Assembly (NCBI GenBank): GCA_039545335.1
Contig: BCIN01000002.1
Span: forward strand, 3,329,564 to 3,393,563
Direction: 5' to 3'
Source: Kondoa subrosea
Lineage: Eukaryota
DNA length: 64,000 bases
Below, one piece after another: positions 13,420 through 24,718 of this stretch. Within the stretch, counting starts at the first letter, position 1, and every line of letters starts with the position of its first letter. The notes below the pieces were generated by a model, which saw only the letters and a list, made by a program, of their open reading frames with translations, was not told where the DNA came from and ran no database searches. A program made the position numbers and the translations under genes.

Positions 13420-15302
13420 TCAAGGTGCAATCTGTCAAGAGCTGTCAGCTTGCGTTGTACGATGAGAGACATTATCGGTACCGTCTGCGAAATACCATGC
13501 TGCTTGTTCAACAAGTCGCTATCAGCTCCAGACTTCTCCTCTTGAGGGTAGTAGCTATTCAAATTCAATGAGTTTCATAATTAGGGCTTAAGGGAGGGAC
13601 GTACTGGATCTCCTCGCGCTCTCTTCCACGTAGCCATTCAGGTGCAGTGCCCTTGAAGTAGACACTGCCGAATATCGTTAGCTTTTTATGTATGACACTC
13701 AGCTGAGTCTCTCACTCAGTCCACATGTCTATAGCAACAGAGTCAGAACGAAATCAAATCTTAGCTGGAATGACACACCTTTCTTTGGATCAGGGAAAGG
13801 CGAGTTCTTTGCTTCTTCTACCGCAGCGTCTACTTCCGCTTTCGCCTCTTTGTCTAAGTTCTTCAATTCATCTTCCTTCAACAAACCCCAATCCAAGATC
13901 CTAGTCTTCAATCCAGTTATAGGATCGTTCTTTGATCTCATCTGGTTGATTTCTTCTCTAGTTCGGTAAGTTGTTCCAGGATCAGACATGGAATGTCCAC
14001 CATATCTGTAAGTAACCATTTCCAAGAGTAAAGGACCTTTGCCAGAAGTGGTATGTTCTTTGGCGAATTGGATTGCTCGGCGAACAGCTAAAACGTCCAT
14101 AGCGTTGACTTGTAGACCTGGAATGAGATCGCCTCGAGTGTAGTAGGCTGTGTTGCTTGATGATCTTTCAGCTGATGTACCCATTCCGTATTCTATTACT
14201 CTCATGTCAATGCTATGTAAATTTAGGTAGGAATGGTATCGAACTGTTGTTTTCGCAGATAAAGACTGAAGGCAAATTCCATAGTTTGGCCATGTTGAAA
14301 GCTTCAAAGACTTGACCTTGATTGGATGCTCCATCACCGTACATGACAAAGGAAGCGCTGTCACAAATCTTGCGCTCAGCTGCTTACAGCGAAAGCCAAA
14401 GATCTCGACTGACAATTTATCGGCTTCACCCTTATACTTTTGAGCGAAAGCCAAACCAGCACCAACAGGAACTTGAGCGCCAACGATACCATTTCCACCA
14501 AAGAAAGATTTTGTGAAAATATGCATAGAACCACCTTTACCATGAGACATGCCATCTTGTCTTCCTAACAATTCAGCAATAACTCCTTTAATGGTTCCAC
14601 CTCTCATTACTGCGAATGGATGACAACGGTAAGCGGTAATAACTTTGTCGTCCCTTTCCATTGCGGATTCCATTCCGATTGCGATAGCTTCTTGACCGAT
14701 TGCCAGATGACAGAAACCTCGAATGAGTTTTTCTGCAAGTCGCATTGCCTGCAAATTAGATGTAGTCTAAACAGCTGAAATAGAGACTTGCGTTTATAAA
14801 GTTGATCAGCTGACTGTGAACGACAGCAGCTGTTCAGCATTGCATGATGCTTAGACAGGTCCACATTGAGCTCACCTGCTCCATCCTACGCATCCTGACC
14901 ATATTGGTGTACATCCAAAGTAAATCATCTTTCGAAACTTGCACGCTTGCTTCAGGAGTATCTATTCGATGACCATGAAATGTTTCAGGACTCAAAGGGA
15001 CAGTGAAAAGTTCTGTCGAGGAAGAAGGGATAGTTGAAGGATCAAACTCGTGGTCGCCTGTTGCTGAAGTTTCCAGGAATCGACGTGCGATGAGTCTGTG
15101 TAACCAAGTAGCTAGCCTATTAGCACTGTGATCCTGCAGTGACTATGGAGCGAGACTTGCATTGAAGGAGTGGATAGCTATGCAATGCAAAGATTGATTT
15201 CAATCTGGCAAAGTACACTGACAAGGCAAGCGGCTGGCTCACCTTTGTAGATGCCAGCCGCGCTGATGGCGTCAGCTGTAACGATCGTCTTAAAGCAGCC
15301 AT
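13420..15302 (-). CDS. PDA1: Pyruvate dehydrogenase E1 alpha subunit, mitochondrial
   Basis: Motifs [48 protein letters not shown] and [17 protein letters not shown] are present, with an N-terminal presequence-like [10 protein letters not shown]. The 3' end was inferred by splicing. Confidence 0.97.
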
Positions 15303-15671
15303 TGTAGTAAAAGTCGTGGAAATAGGTCAAAACCCAGCAAACTCAACAAACTCTTGATAAAGCAGCTTTTGATCTGAAAGGGCCAAGTAACGCACAAGAC
15401 GAGTCTTTTAACAAAATAGAAGTATGCACAGATATTACATAGAGGAAACATGATATAGCATTTTCGCGCTTTCGAAGATGCACTCTATCTCTCATCTCGT
15501 CTTGGCCTGCTTGTCTTGTCTTGTGCTCGATGACATATGGTAGAGACCAGAGAAAAGGAAACTGTCTCTTCTTCAAGCCCTTCAGTATCTTACGCGACTG
15601 CCTGCAAAACCCTCATCAGTTTCTGTTTTGCTTCAAGATGAACCACAGCAAAGGAAAGACTTACACACGCA

Positions 15672-16965
15672 CTATTGATGCATCTCCATCTGCTTCTCGC
15701 ACCAATTCCACTGTTCCTTCCAAAGCTCTTCATCCTTTGCTTTAGAATGTCGACAAACGCTTTTTCTAGCCCAAGGTTCCAAAAACACTCCTCCATCTTG
15801 AGTTGAGATATCTGGTGATGTACCTCCATAAAGTTGCGTAATGGCTCCTAGTTCTACGGGGTCTATTCAAAGCAGACATCATTTAGAGATTGAATAGAAG
15901 AGGAAGAGGGATCGACCAACGAAGTATAAATCGACCCTTCTCAAGAAATTCAGAACCAGGATACAAACAAGGAAGAAAGGCTTACAAGAGTCTTTGCGAA
16001 GAATCCTTGATTTCGCCATAAATCTGCACATCATAGTAAGTTAAAATTTATCATGACAGGTAAATCAATAACGAACCAGAATTGATATTGCCTGGATCTA
16101 AAGAGAGTGAGACGATGCCTTCATCTCCATACCGTTTAGCTAATTCATTAGCGAAAATGACATTTCCCTAATAAAGAATGTACATCAGCTTATTTCTTGA
16201 AGCTCATGTCATTGCAAGAACACACAAATTTGGAAGCACCATATTTGGTATACTGTTTCAATCCTCCTGCTTTGATATACCTTTCATCCTTCACTTTATT
16301 CAATTCGATACCACTTTTTGGAGCTAAGAACATAGCAGCTGAAGAAGCAGTTGATATTACTCGAACAGTTCCTTTAGGTGAATTGGAAGCAGTAGATCTT
16401 AAGATTGGGAGTAGATGAGAAGCGAAAGCATGAGATCCTAGAGTGTTGACTCCGTATTGAAGTTCATAACCTTGAGCAGTCTTACTTCCCGGACTGAAGT
16501 CACATCATCAGAGATGGAATATCCATGGAGAAGGAAGATTATATACTCTGGGTACATTACTCCAGCACTCAGGAACAGCTTTTGAGACGATCGAGATCAG
16601 CATACAGGTGATGAATAAGAAGAAGAATCAGAACGAACGACATGTAATTGTTTCTCTCTTTGCATGAACTCTTGAGCACTCTTCTTGATAGAAGGCAGAT
16701 CAGCCAAATCCAAAGCCAAGTATTGCGCTTCATGACTGGTAGCTTGTTTCAATTGTTGAATCGCTTTCTTTGCTTTCCCTTCTGATCGAGCAGCTAGATA
16801 CACCTTTGCACCTTTCAACAACAGTACTCTGCATGTTTCATAGCCTATTCCAGTATTTCCTCCGGTGACCAGAATAACTTTGCCAGTTTGATCTGGGATG
16901 TCGTCATGAGTGTATCTGGACTTTGAAGGGAAAGCAGAAGCTAGAGAAGCTTGAACGTTGCCCAT
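15672..16965 (-). CDS. Short-chain dehydrogenase/reductase (retinol dehydrogenase/WWOX-like)
   Basis: Motifs VILVTGGNTGIG, LALDLADL, GYELQYGVNTLG and the catalytic YGASK; the last exon ends ...QWNWCEKQMEMHQ-TAG. Confidence 0.92.
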
Positions 16966-17076
16966 CTTGTGTCACCGTAATGGAATAAGATGATGGCATA
17001 ATTTCACATTCAGTGCACAACTCTTTTCAACCTGTCACCACGACAGGACTATAAACTCGGCAGATACACAGACACA

Positions 17077-18016
17077 ATGGCCAATCCACGTCAAAGAAGG
17101 AAAGCTAGATCTTCCATTGGCAAATTAAGCAAATCCAAGCAATCTACGAAAAACTCGAAAAAAGTAACTGTTCGAGGTCCAGCTGCTATAGTTTCAGCCT
17201 GGGATGTGAAGAAAACTTTAAGACAGAATTATGCAGCTATGGGTTTACTCTCTTCAATGAATCCTAGACAGAAAGGTGGTGTGGAACCTGTTAAAGTCAT
17301 CAAGCCAAGTAGTGCCGTACAGTCAGAAGAGACAGAGCAAGAAGTGAGATTAGGACCGAATGGTGAAATTCCTAGAGGCTATGCGAAAATTACAAGAGAT
17401 GATCAAGGCAATATCGTGGATGTCGTTTTCGCTGATGAAGAAGGTTTCACTCCTGCTGCAAACGAGAGTGAACAAAAGCAAGAGTCATCCAGTGGTACAA
17501 CTACTGCTTGGGGTCAACCGTTGAATGCTACCTCAAGAACGGAAGAAGAATGGTCTGGCTTCAGTAATAATGCTGTGATTGAAGATAGTGGTCTTGATCA
17601 ACCTCAAGGAATACCTATGCCTCAATCTCAACATAAAGGAGGTGATGGTATTCATATACACAATCATATCAAACCACCTACATCAACAGTGCAAGGTTAG
17701 TCTTTGTATTCATACTTTAGCTGAGGCTTAGCTGAACTTGTACACTCATAGAACTAGAGAAGCTCGCTGCAAGGCCGGTAGTCAAAGTACCGCGGCATAG
17801 CTCTGAACTCGAATTCGCTTGGTTAAGGGATCTAGTCAAGAAACATGGTCAAGATATACCGAGCATGGCAAAAGATCTCAAACTCAATATCTGGCAGAAA
17901 ACGACTGGCGAGATTAGTCGAGCGTGAGTGCGATGACTATAAATATTGACTTCGCTGATATGCAAACGGATCATAGTATAAAGAAAGCAGGGGGAATAGA
18001 AGCGCTAAGGAGTTGA
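17077..18016 (+). CDS. NOP16: Ribosome biogenesis protein Nop16
   Basis: N-terminus MANPRQRRKARS, WDVKKTLRQNYAAMGL, and a C-terminal LVKKHGQDIPSMAKDLKLNIWQKT motif after the intron at about 17696-17751. Confidence 0.92.
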
Positions 18017-18440
18017 TTAGACACGAACATTTCATTTGGTTTGTGCTTCTGCGTAGAGATAGATATACCGGACTGATCTCTCTCAATAGGGCATTTGGCT
18101 TGTACTATTATAGATTGTATGGCATTTTGGCATTGGATTCGTTTTAGCTCTGGCTTCGGAGGAACATGATTTTAGGAATATCAAATTCATCCCATCTACA
18201 CAAGCAGCGGCTGCGCTCCGCTCTGATCTTGATGTCTTGTTAATTGGTCGGGTCAATGAAGCTACATCAAAGTTGTGCTTTTCTTTCAGGTTTGGTTTCG
18301 TCGCGTTGCTCTCGTGTGAGTCTGCAGCACGCGGTCATATAGCCCAAGTAGTCTGACCAGGCAGTCTGGTTCCCCTTTCCCCTATTCGGCAGCCGAAAAA
18401 TTATTGATATTCCCATTCCAACTATGTTTTTCAGCTTGAA

Positions 18441-20153
18441 CAAAACTCGCTCGCTTCCTTCTCTTCTTTCTTTTCCATCTCACTTGACTTCCTCATTTTG
18501 ATTCGTCCTGTCCAGTTCTGTCTACACCCTCACTACCTTTGACAAGGCTCAAGATCACATTCTTTTGATTACAACCCCTTACGCTCCTTTCAATTTAACG
18601 AACGACTTTCACTGAACACTACCCAACGATGCGCACTACTTCTTTTGTGGCTTTAGCCGCCTCATGTGCCACTTCAGTATATGGAATGCCTTTACTGGGT
18701 CTAGGCGGAAATGATGTGAGCTTGTNCCTTGTCTTGTCCTCATACCTTGGGCTAATCAATGAGCTGCAGTCTCCTCTGGCTGCCGTTAATGCAAAAGTAC
18801 AGGTTNATGGATTGGTTACTGCTACTGTTGCTGCAACTGTATGTCTTTCTTTCNNTNAACTGTCTCAATTTTGGCTGATGTTTTGCGTAGGTCGGAGGAA
18901 GTGAAGGACTGTTGCAAGCTCACGCTACTGCTGGAGCACTCAACATCGTTTCTGTTTGCGCTGATGTTGATGTATGTCCACTCGCTAATTCTTCTTTTGC
19001 TCCACCTGACATTTCCTTGCAGGTCCTGGCCAACACACACAGACCTGACTGTCCTGGCTATCATCAACCTTCGTCTGCTCCTGCATTTCACTATAAGCCN
19101 ACTTCTTCTTCTTCTAGCTGGGTTCCTCCTCCTACACATAAGCCGCACCACGATGGTGACAAGAACAAAGGAACACCTCAGAACCCAAACAACTACAATG
19201 CTCAACCTTCTTCCAAGCCACAAGACAAATGTCCTTTCGGTTATTACAGAGATCGGCAATCAGGTCAGTGCGAACGCAACAACCCAATCCGTTTGGCTCC
19301 AAGACCAGTTCGACCACAAAACAATGCCTGCCCAACAAACTACAAGCAACATCCTTTCCTTCTGGATCTTTGCATTGATATCGACTTCGATATCGACCTC
19401 GATCTAGGCATTTCTGGTCCTCACAAAGAATGGGATTCAAATGACAACTGTCCTGGCAACTGGAAAGATCATCCTCATCTTTTGGCTGTTTGCATTGATC
19501 CTTTGGTTCGCTTTGATCTGGATTTGGGCTTCGGTGGCAGAAGACCAGACAGGCAGCAAAACTGTGCAGCTGGATGGTTAGCCCTCCTTTCTCTTTTCGC
19601 TTTGTAACGATTTGCTCACATTTGGTTTGTTTAGGCGCAAACATTCTTCAATCATCAACCTCTGCTTGAATGCTTCATTGGACATCAACATTCTCAATGG
19701 TCTTCTCGGTCGCACCTATGATCAGGATAACCGATGCACTGCTGGATGGACTCGTCATCCTACTGTCGCTGGTCTTTGCATTGATTCTGCTTTGGATATC
19801 AACTTGTTCAAGAACCAACGTCAAACTGATGCGAACGGTGGATGCCCTGCTGGCTATGAAAAGCATCCTACTATTCTTGATCTTTGCTTGGTAGTCAATG
19901 TGAGTTGTCTTTCCTATTCTTTATCACAGAGAACAAGCAGCTGATCGGTTTGGTTATAGCTCGGATCACTCACTGGATCGAGCAGCAAACCTCTCGTGGA
20001 TGCCAAAGCAACAGTTGGCAATACTGCGGCTCCTCTTGTCGATGCTAAAGCTAAAGTTGGCGGCAACAATCTAGTTGATGCTAAAGTCAAAGTAGCCAAC
20101 ACTCCTGTCATCGATGCCAAAGTCAACCTCAATGGCAAAGATCCGATTCTCAA
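18441..20153. repeat. Left arm of a roughly 1.7-kb inverted repeat (partner 38553-40275)
   Basis: Near-identical reverse complement; across the coding part, position x pairs with 58706-x. The ORF track gives mirror-image translations. Confidence 0.97.
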
Positions 20154-20235
20154 AGTAAACCTTGGTGGAAATGACTCTTCTTCATCTGGATCACTTCTAG
20201 GTGGTTTGCTCGGAAGATCACTTGGCCGTCAATAA
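18629..20235 (+). CDS. Secreted protein with five Cys-x3-[WY]-x2-His...Cys modules and C-terminal LVDAK repeats (copy 1)
   Basis: Signal peptide MRTTSFVALAASCATSVYG. Introns at about 18716-18769, 18839-18890, 18972-19022, 19577-19634 and 19900-19959 give one continuous frame ending ...GGLLGRSLGRQ-TAA. Confidence 0.85.
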
Positions 20236-20553
20236 GAATATACAACAGAAGAGAGGAAAGAGAGAGGAAAGAGAGAGGGCTGCGGGATCAGTTTTCGTTT
20301 TTATTACTACTAAGATATTTTTTATGAAGAATAATGGGCAGTTCTATCAGAAGAAAGCGTATTTGGGTGCTATTTTGCAATGCATGATTGTCGTCGTTTT
20401 CGTTTATTATTATTTCGCCTTTGCTATTCTCCAGACACGACTCGACACGACTTTCATTCGACGCGACATGAGAGCCGCTTACACTGTTTTCCCTCAACAT
20501 CCGAATTGGTAGCATGGTCTTTCGAGCAGTGACAACGATAGCAATACTGCAAG

Positions 20554-21915
20554 ATGGTTTCAGTGCAAGAAGCAGAGAAAGCAATGGCTGAAGCCGCTTC
20601 AAAGCCAGGCGAATCAATCTTTGGTCCGTTGCCGTACATAACTCTACTCTATAAGGACTGAGCTCGGAGAGCGTGCCCAGACTCTGTACCTCGACTGTTT
20701 GGTATCTTCTTCCCTTTGCAAGAATCAAGAGAAGACGAAATCAAGCAATTCCCGGTCAGAGAATTCACTTATGGTCCTCACGAGCGGAACAAGCTGGACG
20801 TCTATGTGCCTCATACCGACGAGAAGAAGCCTGTTCTGGTGTTCGTTCACGGTAAGTTTGCTCAAGCAATGTAAAAATCAAGTCAAGCTGAGATGAATTG
20901 AGTAAAGGCGGGGGATTCACTATGGGCGACAAGAGGATCAATCCCACTACTCACGCAAACTTAGGAGCTTTCTTTGCTTCTCATGGATTTGTCACAGTCC
21001 GTCTTTCATCCCATTCCCATTTCAGAAGACCGAAAGAACTCATCATGCGCTGGGAATAGGTCATCATCAATTACCGCCTATACCCAAATGCAAAGTTCCC
21101 CAGTGGTGGAGAAGATATCTCACTCGCCTTGCAATGGATGGCATCGACGAAAGAAGTACCGCAAGCAGATCTGAGTAATGTCTTCATTTGCGGCAAGTAA
21201 GTTTGTTATTCTATAGGTCGAAAAATATCCATCAGTTACTGATATATGACATTTGGTGCAGCTCTGTTGGTGGTGTTCATCTTTCCATGTTCCTCTACGG
21301 AGCGGAAGCTGTACCGGAAGAATGCACCTACAAAACATGGCAACAGATCGAAGGACTTACTGTCAGAGGAGGAGTCATGATGAGCGTTCCTGCTCACTTT
21401 GGTGATTCGGTCAATGATTCCAGAAGAGATGTGTTGGAAGGTTATTATGGCGATGCGGAAAAGAGCAAGAAGGTGATTCATTTCATATCGATTCGAGAGC
21501 AGCCATTATTCATCTGATTATATGCTAGTATGATCCGCTAAGATTGAGATTGGGTAGTAAAGATCAAACTCCAATCTTGGTTAGCACTGGAGAATTAGAT
21601 CCAGAAGATGAGATCTTGAGCTCTGTCAGTCTCCTGCTGGAAACATTGATCATTAGAGGCTGACTCAAATCCGAGTCTAGATTCGTGAGTACATGGATCT
21701 GTGGAAGAATGGCAAAGCACCTGCTGGCGTTGAGAAACCTGAAGAAGTAGTCATGAAAGGTCAAACGCACGTCGCTCCACCTCATACTCTAGGTCTAGGA
21801 GGTCAGTCACTGACTCTGGTTCAGTTATTGGCACACTAAATGTATTACCTTTGCAGGATCTGCTGATGCTTGGGGATTGCAATTGATTGATTGGATGAAG
21901 GGAAAGGTTCAGTGA
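20554..21915 (+). CDS. Alpha/beta hydrolase, HSL/carboxylesterase family (kynurenine formamidase-like)
   Basis: Motifs FTYGPHERNKLDVY, VLVFVH|GGGF (oxyanion hole), INYRLYP and the nucleophile elbow GN|SVGG, with GELDP and GQTH towards the C-terminus. Confidence 0.85.
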
Positions 21916-22060
21916 CCGGAGCAATGTATGAGATGATCTGAGGTCAATAATGTACCGCTATGCGCTCCACTATTGCTGGGGTTTGACAAGCTTCATACAT
22001 CCGCGATCGGCGGGAATGACGCTGCGGATTTGCAAAAGTCAAGGTCAACCCAAATCAATC

Positions 22061-22434
22061 ATGTCAGGCAGCACTACAGACAAGTATGGCACTTTACACC
22101 TAGAATATCCAGCAGCTGATCTATGCAAAACAGAGCTATCTTCAAAAAGACTCACACTACTTCTGTTCCAAGTGAGAACAACAAGCCTGTCCCTAATCAG
22201 GTAGAAGAAGCAGTCAAGAACCCTCCTCAGGTATGCGTTCTGCCAGTATAGCTTCAGGCAGAAACTCATCGTTATTTGCTGCTAGAACATGGCTCAAGAC
22301 GGGACTGGTGTAGGAGCTGAACCTCCGATCAGCGAAGGACCAACTGATGGGTGAGTGGGTAAAGTACATCGGTATTATGTTTGGACTGACCTGTCCTTAG
22401 GGAGAAAGAGATGAACGAAAGACTCAAGAAGTAA
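22061..22434 (+). CDS. 72-aa hydrophilic microprotein, 4 exons
   Basis: Three canonical GT-AG introns splice to one open frame: MSGSTTDK|AIFKKTHTTSVPSENNKPVPNQVEEAVKNPPQ|NMAQDGTGVGAEPPISEGPTDG|EKEMNERLKK-TAA. Confidence 0.6.
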
Positions 22435-22818
22435 AGACTGTTCAGTCAAATAGCAATCGTATGAGTTGTCGACAGCTTAGAAAGGCCACAAGCTACTCCG
22501 CTATACTCTATGGTCGCTGTCGCTTCCCCCCTCTTGAAGGAGGGCTTCGCAGATCTCGCATCGGCTTTCTTGATTGATGTCTTCTGGACAGCTCTGCTTT
22601 TTGCTTTAGAATTATATAACCAGAGCTTCACGACGCTCTCTTGATCGTCGACCTAGATGCGTGCTCTATCTGATGATTCGGATGTAAGACATCTATAATT
22701 CCGGCTCAGCCTCGTCTGATATCTTTAATTTCGCTCTCTCTCGTTCTCTCTCTGCCTGTATCTAAGCTCTTTCGCATATCTCTTTTACAGCTATTTCCAT
22801 TCCTTCGAGCCCTTCACC

Positions 22819-24198
22819 ATGTCATCGGGATCTACGTCAACGAACAGACACTCGCTCATTATTTATAGCTTCGCAGGCGACAGCTCCAAGCCATTCGCTC
22901 TTAAACAACGGAATCCTTTAGGAGAATGGCCTTTGGTAAGTCGCTTTCCTGAAGATCCCGGATGCAGGATTTTGAAAAAGGAACGTATATTCAGACTCGT
23001 GAGGAAGCCCTGAAATACGTACGAGAGGTAAGCGTCAAAGACATGCTAGAATAAGAATTCTAACTATGTGTCGCGCAAGGGTGTGGAAGAGCAACAGCCC
23101 GGCATGGTTGAGAGTTACCAACCCTCTGCACCGCCTTCAGTGCCAAGGCAGCCAATGCCTTCTGATCAGCATCATTCGAGCTTGACTGCACCTGCTACTT
23201 TCCAGAGTCCTGCGTTCGCAATAGACTCAGCGTACCCATCTTACAATCCTGCCCACTTCCCTAATTTTGATTCTGCAGCACAGCATCATCACTACAATGT
23301 ATTCATGGGTTATGATGCTGCGGCTGAACCACACAATACTTTCGAGACTCATTCAGCTACCGCTGGTGGATCTTCTGCTTCGCCTGGTCATAGCGCTTAT
23401 GGATCCTATCCCGCTCAACACGGTTACTCTATGGGTCAGTCGGGTCAGTCATCCGTGCGATGTACATACTCGATCGCTAACGCTGGAGACAGTGATGCAC
23501 AACAATTATCCTTCTTATCAAAGTTGGTCGTTCATATGAACGGGTGGCCTTTACTCTGAATCTTGCTACAGGGCCCAATCAGATGGCTCCAGCTCAGGCC
23601 ACTGCAGGTGTCACATTCAGAGGCATAGTACCTACTCTTTCTGCTCATCGAGGGTCTCATCCTCCGGCACCTATGGGCTCTTCGTCACAACAGCGAACTG
23701 GTAATACTCAAGCAAGAACTACAGCTTCTAACGTTGCTTCGGCATCTGCTTCCACAGAGAGCCGAGCCCCAGTGAATCGCTCCGAGACCCTTTGGTCTAA
23801 GCACAAGGGTGAAGCATATGACCATGGATTTGCTGATAAAAGCTCATTCAGACGTTTCAGACCTCACCAAACCTGAACGCGATGTATTGAACGCCAACAA
23901 TGACCGTGTGTACATGTAGCCAAGTTACGCAACCAGCTAATTTCTGGAGATAGAGTTGGTCGGCGAATATGTCTTCGAGGAAAAAAAAAGGAAATTGAAT
24001 AAAATGATAGTCGGTCTAAGCTATCACATTGGAGGAGTTTTTTACGTGGCTAAACGCATCACACAGTACCAGCGAGAGCGTCACGCGAAGGAGAAGCAGA
24101 GGAAGAAGAATCAAGAGGTGAGTTCAGCTGCATCTTTCTGTCGAAAGGCTGGTCGTAAACAGCGTCGGACGACTCTACAGGGTCCTTCGCGCTCATGA
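22819..24198 (+). CDS. Multi-exon protein with a degenerate C-terminal basic region (paralog C of the basic-region family)
   Basis: Shares NTQARxTASNVASAS and the exon DVSDLTKPERDVLNANND with the 26783 gene. It ends QLVGEYVFEEKKRKLNKMI|YQRERHAKEKQRKKNQE|RRTTLQGPSRS-TGA with the same gtcggtct and gtgag introns. Confidence 0.65.
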
Positions 24199-24718
24199 GG
24201 TAAGGTCACCTGTACAACATTAAATTTTGAAGCTTATTGAGGCAAAGCTAGCTCATCCGCTCTTTGAGGATGCATTGTATAGACATGGATATTTTCTTCT
24301 TGTACTTCAATCCGTATGCATATTCCTTGCTTTGTTTTCAGTTCACGAGACAGTCACCAGACTTTGGGAAGCATCGTGCTCACGATGATGAACTATTGAG
24401 AGACACATCGTAAGCGGCCAAGAATAATGAAGATTCGGCCAATGTCAGGAGGGCACGGTGTCACAATCATATGCAAACCTAACATCCCCAATTGAGTACT
24501 GAGTACTAACCCGCTAGAGCGAGATGAAATCATTGATGAGAGCAGTATTTGCGTCCGTCTGGCTTAATCTGCACACGACAAGGCCCCGAAATGATTGGAC
24601 AGTGTCCTTCTGATGATGCCTGAGCATTGAAGAAGGCTATGAATCGACAGACAGCTGTGCATAGCAACGACGCAAACTCAACCCTTAGGCTGTCTTTGCT
24701 TCGAATTTCAGTTGCTTT

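Noticed and set aside
18822..19644. Overlapping antisense and alternative-frame ORFs conserved in both arms
   Set aside because: Their conservation follows from DNA identity. Where the arms differ, these frames change amino acids while the sense frame does not.
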